A model generated the notes under the pieces. That model saw only the letters and a list, made by a program, of their open reading frames with translations, was not told the DNA's origin and made no database searches. Made by a program: the position numbers and the translations under genes. This document shows, in pieces, positions 40,001-55,000 of a stretch of 64,000 nucleotides of DNA. Position 1 is the first letter of the stretch. Every line of letters begins with the position of its first letter. The stretch comes from Callorhinchus milii. Its lineage: Eukaryota. The DNA is taken from positions 62,250,001 to 62,314,000 of the forward strand of contig NW_024704742.1 of the NCBI RefSeq assembly GCF_018977255.1, read 5' to 3'.

Positions 40001-43000
40001 ATGTGGTACTAAAGAAACATTTAGAAACTTAATTGTCGTAAAACTCGCATAAGTCTTATCTTTATATATCGCCTAAGTCGTACATTCACCTGAATCCCAT
40101 TCAGTTTTCCATCAAAACCGCTTAGATTTCTTCGCATTACTCATATTACTGACTTTTAACACTGTTCCCCTATCCTCCTTTACTCGTGCACTTACCGGCT
40201 GCATTGAATCGTGGGAAATGATGTCTTGACCCATCGATGCAAACGCAGAACTTCATTTCCCGCAATTTAATGCGATTCCAATACTTGCTGATAAGTGCGC
40301 ACGTGGCAACAGGTCAAGACGCATTGAATCGCTGGAAATGTAGCCTTGATCCATCACCGCAAGTCCACTTACCGACTGCAGTGACGAAGTACTGCATGCA
40401 CACGTACCAGCTGCATTGAATTATGCGTGCGCAGTGTAGATTATTGATTAAATCAGATTTTATACAATTTATAAAGTTTGCCTGCAATTCGGACTTCATG
40501 TAAGTCATATTAAATGTTGTGGTACCAACTGATATGACGTATGTGAGTTTTACTGCATTTTTTTCCTCCCCTGTCTCTCTCTCTCTCCCACTAGATGATA
40601 AAATAACTTCAGAGGTCATTCCTGCGAAGCAGCTGCAACTATTTTAAATCCTTGTTATGAATGTCTCAACTGTATTTCAGCACAAACACAACCACTCTCT
40701 TCACCTGACCCAAGTCTCACGCTCACATACAACAATAAATACCACTGCATTCCACAGTGGGGCACTAGAGAGCCCATGCACATCTTTTCCAACACATACA
40801 ATGACATCTCATATCCTCTCAGCAACACAGTCACACACTTTCCAATACATATACAAACCTCTCTTGATACAAACTCTTAAAGCCCAGTTTCACAAGTTGC
40901 CTGTATTAAATACAGTCGGTCGGCAGGGGCTCAAATTCCTGTTCTGTTCAGCTTTCAACAGTGGACAGCTCTACAAAGTAAATTGCTCTGCAATGGCAAC
41001 ATTTCAAATTCAGCATATTATACTTGTGATCCATTTCCTTGACTGGATTTGGCTCCGCTACAAAGTTACAAAAAATCTCTTCAGTATATAATTCAACTCA
41101 CTGTAGTTCAATGTTCAAAGTAACGTACGGAATGTACTTTTAGAATAAATACAAATCAATCACAAGATCCTTCTTTCAAGAAAATTTATATTTGCTATAA
41201 AGCTAAATTCAATCTACGTTTTAGCTTGAAGTCTTGGGAGTTAAAAAATAGTAGATTGACATTATGTATTTTCAAGCCATACATCAGGATTTGAGCTCAC
41301 AGTCATTCTAGAATGATACTCCAGGGCAGTGCATTGTTAGAGGTACCTTCCTTCTGATGAGACGTTAAATCCTATGTAATCACAGGAAGAGGTAATCGGC
41401 CTTCTTGAAGCCGAGTGTGCTCCAAGGTGTATTGGAATTGAGTCACCAGTCTGTGGCGGTCTCTGTGGTAGTCAGTTCCTCAGCTAGGTCGGCTTGGAGT
41501 ACTTCAGGGTATTGCTAGCAACCTACCAGCTCGCCTGGCTCCACCATTAGTGGGAGGGCTTTCAAACCTTCTGCCCACACCCTCTGGAACTCCATCCCGC
41601 AGTCCCTCCGCCTTACCCCCTCCCTTGCCTCCTTCAAGAGCCGTCTCAAGACTCTCCTCTTTGACCGTTGCTTCGATCAGCTTCCTTCCCCCACTGCCCT
41701 CCACCCTCCCTGATACCAACCCCCAGCTTGGATCCGAAACACTGATTGTCCAGCGCTTGAGACGTCCTCTCGACGTGAAAGGCACTAGAGAAATGTAATT
41801 TTGTTTGTTTCTTTGTAATACTCTCCGTATAACAAATACATTTTGTTAAAATAATGAATAGAAAAAATTTGCAACAATCTAATGTATTAGTTCCTCATGT
41901 TTGTTTTTTATAATGTGAAAAAATGTAGGTTGGCAGTAAAATGTATCTCAATAGCACAAATCACACCCCCACCCCTCCCACCAGCAATTTTCTGCAAAAG
42001 CTTTCAAATTTCTCTGCAATTTTTCAAATTTACCTGCCATTTGGGCAAATATTTACACAATTTTCACAATGGCCCAGGTCATTAGACATTCAACAAGAAC
42101 AGGTTTGAACTCTTAAATTTGTCCTACACATGCAGCCATTTTGTGCTTTGCACTACACAATAGATTATTGTTTTAGAGCTGGATATAAAAAAATAAAATT
42201 AAAAGCATGAGGATTAGAATTCAGTAATTTATGCTGAAACAAGAGAATGCCTTCTTTTTCTCTGCAGCAAGTCCTGCCATGATTTTTTTGCTCCATGTAT
42301 TTGACTTGTATCCAAATCTGTAGAATATTCACTGGCTCACTGCTTGTAGATTTCTTCAACCTAAATAACAAGTGGAAGCCTCAAACCAGGAAAGTACTTA
42401 ATGCGTCTCCTGGGGTGGGCATTCATTTGAGTGTCACTAGCACAGAAATGAGCATTTGAATGAAAAGCCTCCAAAGCAAATCCCTTTCTGAAAACTCGTA
42501 CCAAAGAGAAGGCTGGATCATGTACTGTTTAAAGACATCTTTATTTGTGTAAGTCTACACAAATATTTTATCAGAGGGCTACAGTTTTTTCACTAAAGTT
42601 GCAATGTTTACTTTAAATCAAGGATTTGTTGTATATCCTTTATTTGGGGTCTACCATTGTAATACGGCACTGCATTTACTTTTAACACAATAGCTCACGG
42701 GTTAAGGTCATAGCAGCCAATTCAACCTTTACCCATTTTAAATGTTTCTTACTTCCTGCAATTCAAGAAAAGGACAGAACAGGAAAATTTTAAAACTCCA
42801 AAAATATAACAAGTATAAAAAAAGCTTTACTTAACAACAACAGATTACATTTGTATAGTGTCTTTCACATCAGCAGGGCATCCCAAGGCACTTAAGTATA
42901 CATAAAAGGAACTGGGAGTTATTGCTGGGTACAGTACTTAGAATATACTTGATTTTCTGCATTACTGGATAATAATGACAGTAAATTAAACATAATAGGA

Positions 43001-46000
43001 TTCACCAGTCTGCACTAAAGCTTTTCAGAATAAACAACAAAAGAACAGGAACGTTTATTTTAGACTATTCATTAGGAGGAACTTCTTCGCAAGGTGGTAG
43101 TGAGAATGTGAAAGTTACTGCCTGAAACTGATTGAAGCAAATAGCATCAATATATTTATATTTATATAATACTAATCCTTGCATTTGATATAGCCTCATC
43201 ACATTTTTGAGATGTGTCAAAGTGTTTTCAAGGAACGTACTGTAAAGTGAGGCAATTTTGTTTTAAGAGTAAACTTGATACATACATGAGGAAGAAGGAA
43301 TAGAAAGGGGAATAGGAGGGAATGGGGATTGGGTTGAGCATAAAAGGTGGCAGAATGACCCGTTTCTGTGCTGCATCAATCTATATAAATATCACCTTCA
43401 ACTTCAAGTTGCACATATAATATAGAAATCTACTTGTGGCACAGAATTACTGAGCAGTATCTATACAAGTGGTTTGAGTACACATTTTTGAAAGGAACCC
43501 TGTTTTTTTTCCCTCCAATTCCAATTGTGAACTGGCAGTGAATATGGCTTATAGCCTAGGCCAATAGAAAAGTGCAGCTGCAATTTTCCTATGGAATCCG
43601 CCCTCTGCTACAAACCTGCTATAAATGTAGTTTCTGGCCCCGGGCCTTTGCGTTGTTTATCTGACGTTAATGTGGGTGGGGTGGCTCTGGATGCACATCC
43701 GTGGTGCAGCGCAAGCGGGAAATGGGCTTCGCTCCACTTGGAGACCCCACTGTTTTGATTGTCTTTGTGTGTGTCTCTCCCTATGTGTTTGTGTATGTGA
43801 GTGTCTCTATGTGAGTATGTCTGAGTGTGATCTATCTATGTGTTTGTGAATGTCTCTATGTGAGTAGGTCTGTGTGTCTCTGTATGTTTGTGAATTTCTT
43901 TGTGTGTGTGTCTGTCTCTCTATATATGTTTGTGAGTCTGTGTGAGTCTCTCTCTCTGTGCTTGTGAGTGTCTATGTGAGTGTCTGTGTCTCTATGTGTT
44001 TGTGAATGTCTGTGCGAGTGAATCTCTATGTTTGAGTGCCTATGTGAGTGTGTGTCTCTCGCCCTCTGTTTGTGAGTGTATGTGAGTGTGTGTTTCACTC
44101 GCTCTGTTTGTGAGTGTCTATGTAAGTCTCTCTATGTGTTGGTGAGTGTCTGTATGAGTGTCTCTCTCCTCTATATGCGTTTGTGTGACTGAATGTGTCT
44201 CTCTCTATGTGTTTGTCTCTATATGAGTGTACTCTCTCTCTATATGTTTGTGAGTGTCTATGTGAGTGTTTGTGTCTCTCTCTGTTTGTGAGTGTCTATG
44301 TGAGTGTGTTTCTCTCCTCTGTATGTATCTGTTAGTGAGTGTCTATGTGAATGTGTCTGTGTGTGTCTCTCTCTCCTCTATATGTCTGTATGTGTCTCTT
44401 CTATGTATGTGTGTGTGTTTCTGAGTGTCTCTGTGTGAATGAGTGTGTGTCTCTCTGAGAATGTGTCTCTGTGTCTGCGAGTGTCTCTCTCTGTGACTGT
44501 GAGTCTCTCTCTGTGTCAGTGTGTGTGTGTGTGTCTCTCTCTGTGTGTATTCCATAAGCTATGGAACTCCCTTCCTCAATCCCTTTGCCTTGCCGCCTCT
44601 TTCCCCATTTTCAGGTTGGGCCTGAAGACCTTCCTCTTCGACCATACCTATGGTCACCTTCCCCCTCCCCTTGGCTCAGCATCTAGCTCCACTATTGTTA
44701 AGCACTGTGGGACGCCGCCCAGCGTGGAGGGCGCTATATAAATGCAAGTTGTTGTTTCTGTGTCTGTGTGCGGTGCTATTCCCTAAGAAGCAGGAGGTGG
44801 TGAGCTCCTATAGCCCTGCAGTCAGGACACTGGTGATGAGTGTCTGTTTTTGGGAGGGATTTCCAAACCACTTAGGGCCTGCACTAGTGTCCCGTCCCCC
44901 CCGTCCCCCAACTGGACCCAGTTTTTTAATATTATTTTTTGCAACAATCTAATAAGCTTCATTTCCTCATGTTTAGTTTTTATCAATAAAGTGAAAAAAT
45001 GTAGGTTGACAGTAAAATGTACCTCTATAGCACCAACCAACTCCCCACAATTTTCCGCGAAATTTGTCAAGCTTCCCTGCAATGTTTGGCAAATATTTCC
45101 GCACTTTTCTATTTGCTCAGCTTATAGGTACATTTTCAGCGAACAAGAACCTAATTTAGTGAATCAATCGAACAAAGGGATGATGATCCGAAACTAAACA
45201 ATAAGCTTATATTTAATACACTGCAAAATGTTGTAATGTAGACAAACACAGAAGTCAATTTACACCAGCAATGTCCCACGAATAACAGTTGGAGAATACT
45301 GGGAACTACCAACAGAGACCTTGCAAGTGGAACATGTCTATGATAAGCTAATTCTAATGTTAGGAAGACAATCCAGACAGTTGGACTGCACACAGTATCA
45401 CTCCAATCTGTGAACAAGTGGAGCCACAAGTCTGCTCAGTCTTCTGCTCGTCACCACATGACAGAGCATTCTATTAATGTGGTCCCTGGTGGGTCTGCCA
45501 TCAAAGTCTGCATGTACCGTGGCTGCAAGCTGTGGAACATAGCACAGAGAAAATCATGTTCACACTTGGGATCAGATGAAAAAAAATATTTTAAAACTGA
45601 GCCTGCTGCTTGGAGTGCTCAATCAGTCCTCAATGGTAGGTAAATCCTACTACATTAGTACAGTTACACTGAATATTTTCAGCATAACTGCTCTGGGACC
45701 GAAGAGTACACAGTAAGCTTTCAAATGATTGATTTTCTCACCCCTCTGCTGAATGCTGCTCATCCTATCCCCTGCCTCACTCAACCAATAACCGGAAAAA
45801 ACTGGGTGGGAGTGTAACTGACACTAACTGTAGAGCTCCCATATCTGCCCTATCTGTGGGTTGGGAAGTTAACTGATGCTACCTGAAGATCCCCCACACT
45901 GCCTTATTTAAGACATGCATATTCAGCATTGACTTGAACTGTGTGGTTCAGCATCAAACAACAAAACTGTTCCACTAAACAATCAGTTGAGATCCATTTT

Positions 46001-46039
46001 GACAGTAAATTTTATATTTTACATGTCGAATGGCCTCAG

Positions 46040-46072
<33 letters not shown>

Positions 46073-49000
46073 TCCCTCCACTACCCATCCCCACATGCCA
46101 TTCCCAATGGTGAAGCTAGTCACAACATTGTGTCTTACGGTTTTCTAATCACTGCCTTCTGCTGGTTAGCTGGATAGCAGCTTCTTAGCACATAAAGATT
46201 CAAAAAGACGGTATCCTGCCAACCAGCTGCTGAGGTTGAAATCTGCGAGCTGGAACTCCAATGTCTGGCAGCAAAGTGATTGGTGTCAATGGGACAAGAT
46301 GGACATTTGATGCACTGAATATCAAATGTAGCACTTCACCTGTAAATAACTTGTAAAGAGCCACGTGGCTGACACTGGATACAAATTGGGAAAGTGTTCC
46401 ATTCCTAATGTGAAATGTAAACTTAACGATTGTTGTTAACACATATTTATTCCATACCAGTCAGTTTAGGTTTGCAAAGTTATCTTACATTAAAATTATC
46501 TTTTTATTTGACCGGCTCCATGGAATTCTAATCAACACACAATCTTATTTCAGAAGAGTCAGAAGGTTGCGGCTTCATATTAGTTCACACTTTAATACTG
46601 CATCGTCAACGGTGCCATCTCCTGAATGAAATGTGAAACTGAGGTCCCATGTTCCCTATTCAAAACGAGGGGTTTCTCTACCTGTCCTCCATATTAAGTG
46701 GTCATTCCACTTGTTTAGGTCTCTGCTGTGCATATAATGGCTCCCACATTTGTCTGCAAAGAAGCTATTGCATATGACAATAATTATTATGAAGCACTCT
46801 GAAATGTTTTGACTTTAAAGGCACTATTTTATATAAATGAAAAATCTTCTTTTATTTGTGTAAAAAAAATTGCACTGTGTGTACATTTATTCACAATAAA
46901 CTGCATAAACTGTGGGTGTGCATAGTACCTGCACACGACCCATCGTACTACAAAGAATCAACTTGCATCAAACATTACAAGTGAAACAAACTCCCTTTAT
47001 GTTTTCAAATTAAACTGTAGGTCATGTTAAATGCACAGTTAAACATTCATTAAGTTCATGATTTCTAGTAATGTTACTGCAGATTCTGCTGTATGGTTAA
47101 CCTTGCAACCTGGTTATATACCAAAAGAGGGCACTAGTGAATAATTTATCTGCAATACATTTGCATTTACGCCTAGGACTAATTTTTTTTCCACAGATAA
47201 GGAACTTGTAAAGAAGAGTAGGTCTGTTTTGGTGATATTTACAGATAGGTTACTGGTGGTACATTTCAATTTAATATATTCATTGAATCCCAGAATTTAA
47301 ATTTATCTCAGAAATAAATATAGTGTACTTGAGTTCTGGGAGCTGAGCTGGGAGATGTGGCTAATGTCAAGTGTGTTCTGGGACTAAAGGTCTGATCACT
47401 GGAAGCATACTGAAGTTGACATTGTAAAATTAACTTTGCACTAATAAACTGGTACAATCTGGAATAGAATAGCAGAACATTCTGTACACATTTTAAAGTA
47501 TATTCAAGAACTAAATGTGTAAATTCAATAGAGAATTTTGAATTTATTACAACACACAAAAGGGGGAGGGAAACAGAACAAGGACCACTTGTTATTAAGT
47601 AAACAAAAGTAATAAATCATTTATTGTCTTTGTGATTACTGATTTATAAAATTTGAGAGGAACATCAGTTTTCGATCCAACCAACTACTGTCCAGCTCCT
47701 TTGTGCTAAGCGCTTTGAGACGTCTCAATGACGTGATAAGGTGCTATATCGAATGCAACGATTATTATTATTATGCAGGTATTGTCCAACATTCTGGTTG
47801 CCGAGGACCGGATGCCGGATTTAAGAAAGATCTGCGGGGCGCACAAGCAATATTTTCTCTTCCAGAAACATAACCATAAGAGTCATATAGAAATCCTATT
47901 TTTTTAATTATGCAATGGTATTACTTCATTTCACTATACTCAGTTACAATACAAACCTTAAATAGTGTAAAAATTCATACACATTTTTAAATATTTCATT
48001 AATAAAAGTATATATATGCTAGAATAATCATTAAATTATTCAGGCACCACAAAACACTTCTCCTCTCGGGAATTTCTAACTTATTTCCTTGAGAATTATG
48101 GTACAAAATAAAGCATCTCAGTGGCGGTCAAAACATTTCTTGGGGGGCGGGCAAAGAATACAGGTAATGGAGTGTCAGCCTAGATAGTCCTGATTGGGTG
48201 AATGCCCTTTCCTCATCCCCTTATCTTCTAAAAAGTAAAACAAGGTAAGTTCTTTTGTGATTAATTTGTAAACATCCCTGAATGTGTAATTCCCCTCCTC
48301 GAATTCAAGATCCTCATCCTCACCTACAAGGCCATTCACGGCCTCGCTCCCTCCTACCTCTCCGACCTACTATCCCCCTACCTACCTGCCTGTACCCTCC
48401 GTTCCTCTGGCTCCGGTCTGCTCCACGTCCCCCGCCCCAACCGCCCTACCATTGGTGGTCAGGCCTTCAGCCTCTCAGCCCCGAGGCTCTGGAACTCCAT
48501 CCCCCAGTGCCTTCGCCGCTTCCTCCCTTTCCTCCTTCAAGGCCGGTCTCAAGACCTTTCTCTTTGACCGTGCCTTCAGCTCCCCTCTCGACTCTCTACC
48601 CCCTCCTCGCTCCGTCCCTTCCCTCCGCTCACCCTGACCATTTCCCCCCTGCTCGGGTCCCGACCCAACTGTCTTGGGATATCCTCCTGACGTGAAAGGC
48701 GCTCTATAAATGAAATCTTGTTGTTGTAAATTATTAACGCTAACTGCAGTTAAAACAGTGACCTTTCCCACATAAGAAGCTGCTGCATTTACACACCTTC
48801 CAGATAACTGGTCTTTCAGGATGTTCTTGTTATATGTATTATTCACACATTGACATACGTTTTCAAGTAGACAAATGTACACACCCAGTACTTATCAATA
48901 CGTGGAGGCGGGATAATATATACTGTAAAGTGTAGTGATAGTGACTGTATATTTAAGCAAACATGACAGGCCATTTGTGCACAGTAATGTCCCCAGAGAT

Positions 49001-52000
49001 AGTTTTGTTGAAAGAAACACTTTTTCCTATAACAAGTTATTGTTTCATCCCTACGTCTGGAGACGTCAAGTTAAACATTGCCTGTGCCATTAGCTACCAT
49101 TACCTTCTCAGTGTAAGTGAGCCATTTTAGGTGGTGACTACATTCCCACATGGAAGGGAAAAATGTAGCCAGAAAATGAAGTTGCAATTCCCAACTTTGG
49201 AAATAATTACACATGGCGTCCCGTTCTCAAGACTCAACTTATTTTCTTGGGATGCGGTTCATTTTCCAATTCTGATTTTATTTTACCAAAATTCTCTGGG
49301 TTTTCAATCCTGTGAACATAAACTGAGCTTCTCTCACCAGCCTCTTGTACACAGCAATACCAGAATGATCAACTTGTCATATCCATTGCTTTTGCAAATA
49401 AACAACAATTAAAACACTACAATATATCATTGGGATCAAATTTATGATATTCCTAAACACACTCTTAATTGAAGTATGCTTCTTCTACATAGTGCACAGT
49501 CCATCTATTTGTGCTTCATTCATAAAGCAGCCATTAGAGAGTGGACCCAGCCAACCAAGCTGTAATGGGGTTTTTATCTCTCCTCTTAAAAAATCCCAGT
49601 TGCTTCTACAGCTGTTTACACACATTTCCACATTTTCGCAACACTCAAAGCAAAAAAACTTTTCAAGTTATTAATTCTATTAGAGAACTACGTTTCCTTA
49701 CTGATTTTAAACTCTAGCATATCAACATATTACAGGAAAATTTAACTTTAGCGGCTGGTAGATTTCAACACTAATATGCAATATAGATGTGATTGCAGTT
49801 CATTCAATCAATGGTTGCTCTCAGAAGACAGAAACATCCCTTTGGAAAATGCAAATCTACAACAGATAAAATAAAACCAAATTAGCCCAAGCAAACTAGA
49901 TACTGAAGGGCTTCACTGTTCATTATGCTCAAATTGTTTAAAGCCTATTTATGTTTTATAGTTTCTCTTTGTATAAATTCAGCTGCATTTAAAAAAAAAC
50001 CTGCCTTAAAAGCATGCAGATGTATTACTAATGTAGAAAATTATTTATTTTCTTGAGGCAGAATATGTAACACAATAAGCAAGAACTAGATTCTATCTCA
50101 AATCTAGTAAATCTGTAGTAAGAGTATAACCACATTTCGTTGCGCATCTGCACATGGATCACAGACATGCTGCCATTGAAATTAATAATCTTTTTCATAC
50201 TAGGAGAAATTGCAGATTATGGGCAAAAATAACTTTAGTTAGGGCAGAGAAATCAGAAAGCTTATTCTGGGATAAGGAAAAACTTATTCTGGGATACAAA
50301 TTGGTAAATCCTGAATTGTCCATAGCCAAATGTATTCTTCAACAAATTTGCATTCAACTTTATGTAAATTTCTGAACTCTGAAGGAAGTGTTCTCAGCAT
50401 CAATGAAGAGTATACTGCAAATAGTTTGTGAAGCCACACAAATCGGCATTTTGTATCAAATTTGCTACTTGCTCTTCCCCAACTTTACTGCAAATGTTGA
50501 CAAACGCACTCACACGAACACAAGTTTGTTCGAGATAAAAAGGCCCTTTGATCCATTTGATCTCATTCCTCAATACCTAGAAAGTGCCTTTTCCAAAACT
50601 CCTTTCATGAAAGCATTCAATTTATTACATTGCTACATCTTCTGGAAAGAAATATCTTTAGTCATCAAAACATCTTAAAATTCTTCACAGAATTTTACTA
50701 TAAAGTGTGACTGTGCATTTGTAGGAAAACACAGCACATAATTGATGCACAGCATTATCCCACAAATAGCCATGAAGTAAATGACCAAATTTATCTGAAG
50801 ATGACAATCGGAGAAATTCCCTTCTCCTTGGATCAGTGATATAGATTCTTTAACGTCAACTTTATTAGAACCACAAACAATTAGCAATTAATTTAATGCT
50901 TCTAAACTGGGATGATTCTATGAAAAAAAGGCAGAATTGAGACACAGCAGTATCTCTAGCCCTAATTAAGATTTAATTTGGGATACAATCTACATATTTT
51001 GGAATTAAAGCTATCAAAGGAATATTCGCTCTCAGAAACTCAAAGAATTGATAATAAAAGAGAAAGCATCCAACGGCATAAATTTCCATATATGCAGATT
51101 CTCTTGGATCACTGAGAATGTTGAGATGCAGCTGCATGCAGTTTAAATTCCTGGCAACCCCAGCAATTGTGGTTCTATTCCAGTCAATCTTGTGCAAGGC
51201 TAAAGATTTGACCAGACATCTTCAAAACAATGAAGGCTGGTCAACCATATGGTCCAGGCCATCCTCATTCACTTTTCCAATCACCTGAATCCAGAAGCAA
51301 GAGATGAATTTTCTCTAAAACCTGAAAGCATTGATTCATGCCGGTACACTTTTCTGTGATTTTCTGGTATCTGAGTTGTCATTATTCACTTACAGCTTTC
51401 TGATAAAAAAGAACATTAGAATCATAGAATTATACAAGCACAGAAGGAGACCTTTCAGCCCATCGATCCCGTGCCAGTTCTTGAATGAGCTATCCAAATT
51501 AATCCCACTTCCTGCTCTCTCCCCATAGCTTTGCAAATTTGTCCTCCCCAAATATCTATCCACTTCTCTCTTGAAAGTTGTTATTGAATCTGCTTCCACC
51601 ACTCTTTCAGGCGGTGCATTCCAGATCTGAACAATTCACGGTGTGAAAAAAATTCTCCTTATCTCCCCTCTGGATCTTTTGACAACTATCTTAAATCTAT
51701 GTCCTCTGGTTACCGACCCACCTGTCAGTGGAAACAGTTTCTCCCTGTTCACTCTATCAAATCCCCTCATAATTTTTAAAATGTCTATTAAATCTGCCCT
51801 TACCCTTCTCTGTTCCAAGGAGAACAATTCTAGCTTTTCTAGTCTCTCCATATAATTCAAGTCCCTCATTCCTGGTACCATCCTGGTAAATTTCATTGTG
51901 CCTCAACTGAATCTATTCTTACCAAACAGCTATTAATGTCGCATCTGAAGGATGGCATCTCCTACAATGCAGTGTTCGGGGAACATTGCATTGTCAGAAG

Positions 52001-55000
52001 TGCTGTCCTTTGGATGAGATGTTAAACTGAAGTCCCGTCTTCCTGTTCAGGTAGATGTTAAAGAACCCATTTCACCACCTAAAAAAAGAGAATTTCTCTA
52101 ACAATTCCCCAGATAAAATTGGTCAGTTACTTCATGTCTGTATGTGGGACATTGCTGTGGGCGAATTTGCTGTCAGGTTTCCAAACCAATATGCAGTTAC
52201 TACCCTTCACAGTAACATCCTGTGAAGGGCTTTGAGATGTCTCAACAACTTAAGGTGCTATATGAAATCGAAGGATTATTATTATTATTGAAGTGGCAAG
52301 CTAGACTGTGACTTCAAAGTCTCAACGTGGCTGTCAATGATCTTAGATAACATTATAGCCGATGAGGAAAAAAGGATACCCGGAAAAAAACTGGGAAGAT
52401 CAGAGATTTTAAACTGTGATGACTGGGAATGTGCTATGAATGACAAGTGACAACACCATTAATAGAGTAGCCAGAGGCCTAATAGAAAGCAGCAATAAGA
52501 GGGACTGCTGCAGATTTAATCACTTTAAAACTCAGTCTTTGACTGTCTTTCCTGATCATACCTGGGCACCTCTTACTTTCCAGGTTGTTTACTGGGCTGA
52601 TTAAGTGTTGAATTGCTTTTCCAAATTGCTCATGTTGAAGTAATTGTTCTACTAATATGCTGCAGCAATATCTATAAGAACAAGATGCACTCCTGCAATG
52701 TTCTGCTGCTGTGATTAATCATTATACCTTTATGTCAGGGAGTAAGCAGAGTGCTCTTACAGATTAACTTGATTTTGCTCAATTAATAATAATAATAATA
52801 ATACTTGCATTTGATATAGCGCTTTTCACGTCGGGAGGACATCCCAAAGCGCTTCACAGAATACACTGTAAAGTGAAATGACTGTATATTTTGTGGGCGA
52901 AACGCAGCAGCCAATTGCACACAGCAGTGTCCCACAAACAGTCATGGATTAAGTGACCAATTTTTTTTATTCACGAAAAAAAACGATCCACCCATCAACT
53001 AACAACCGGGGTTCCTACTTACTGCTAGAGGCGTGTGGAGCAAGGAAACTTGTCCAGGAATCAAACCCAGGTCTCTCGCCTGCGAGGCGAGTGCTCTAAC
53101 CACTGAGCTACAGGACTCAGTATCCATAAGGATTATTATTTTTCATTATAATTTTTTTTAAATTCGGATTTGAGCACATAGTGTAGATTAACAACACACT
53201 GCAGTACCAGAGGAGTGCTGCATTATTAGGGATGCCGTTATTTGGGTGAGACATTGAACTGAGATCCCATCTGTCTGTTCAGTGGACGTGATAGATCCCA
53301 TGCCACTGTTTGGAAATAAACAGAAGTTGCATTCAGTATTCTGATCAACATCGTTTAGATTCACTGATCATTCACTTTAGGATTATTTGTGGATTCTTGC
53401 TATGCCCAAAATGGCTGCCATGGTTAGCTACAAACACAGTTATAACATGACATGAATTATGTCAATGTCTTGAGATTTTTTAATGTTATTGGACTTTATT
53501 TAAATGCAAGGATTATTATTGGCCAGATCTGATATAAACAGTTAGAGAAAGCCCTTTGGGCAGTGGAACTGAATTATTTTATTGTGAGTGAGGATTATTT
53601 TACTTATACAACTTCAAAAAACATTACTCTCCTTTTCAGGGTTTTGAAGCAAGTTGAGATATCTTCCTGATGTAAAAGCCACTACATGTAAATTGTTCTT
53701 TATTTATTTCTCGATTCTGTAAATCCTTCCATTTTATATAACGCCTTATCATGTCATCAAGACATCTTCAAAATGCTTCACAGAATATACTGTAAAGTGA
53801 ATTGACTGTATAAATTGCCACCTCTTAAAAGGAATATGCTCAAATTGCCTACCTGCAGGATAGTTGCGTTTCGCCTAGAAAGTTTACAGTCAATTCACGT
53901 TACACGAAAATTCTGTGAAGCGCTTTGAGATGTCTCCAAGACGTGATAAGGCGCTATATCAAATGCAAGGATTTCTATTATTACCTTGCCCCAGGTGAAC
54001 AGAAGAAATTGCCCTGGATGGATGAAAGACTCATATTTTGCCTCACAATCTTGCCCAAGTTTGGGAGTTGCGTAAAGAGGTACCATTCTTGTTTGGTAGA
54101 AAATCACTGTTGCAATATAATGGTTCCAGCCCAACTGCTCAAGGAGTTCACTCCTTCTAATCCTTCTGCTTAGGTACAGGAATGAGTATGCCACTCTTAA
54201 GCCTGATCTGAGTTTTTTAACAGGATTTTTTAAAAAAACTTACTCACTTTACATAATACCTTATATTTTAGATACTCCAGACGAGACGCTATCTGCGAAA
54301 AAGGGTATTATTTATTGTCAATGCAAGTTATTGTTGTTATTTCCAAGTATTATATATTTTTAAAATGCCCCAATTAATTATGCATTAATTAATGCATAAT
54401 TTTATAAACTGCTCATAAAATAAGTCATTAAACTTAGTTAAATAAAACTCTTTGTAATGAGGATTCCATCACAATTCAATCAGCAGAATTAACGAGTTCT
54501 CTTTTTAAAACACACATAATTGTGAGGATGTGGAATTGGCTGGGGTCTAAGCACCGTGGTATGTCCTCCTGATGTGAAAGGCACTATACAAATGTAATTT
54601 GTTGTTATCATTCTTGTTATGTGGGAAATCACTGTAGTAATTGAGGTTAGGAATGCCTTTTGCATCAGCTTGGCTTAGTAGCACTCTCACCTCTGAATCA
54701 ACCTCACCCTGTTCCACTGGCTCCCCATCCCCCAAAGGATAGAGTTCAAAATCCTTGTCCTTGCCTTCAAAGCCTTCCACAGCCTTGTTCCTTCCTACCT
54801 GTGTGACCTGCTAACACCGTATAAACCTGGCCGTCCCTCCGCTCAGCAAGCTCCCGCCTGCTCCAAGTCATCCACACGGCCCACCATTGGCGGTCGGGCC
54901 TTCAACCTCTCTGCCCCCACCCTTTGGAACTCCATCCCAGTCCCTTCACCTTGCTCCCTCCCTTGCCTCCTTCAAGGCGCATCTCAAGACCCTCCTCTTC

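Noticed and set aside
43856..44741. H/T/R-rich and S/L-rich ORFs (also 13362-13924)
   Set aside because: Translation of microsatellite or low-complexity DNA.
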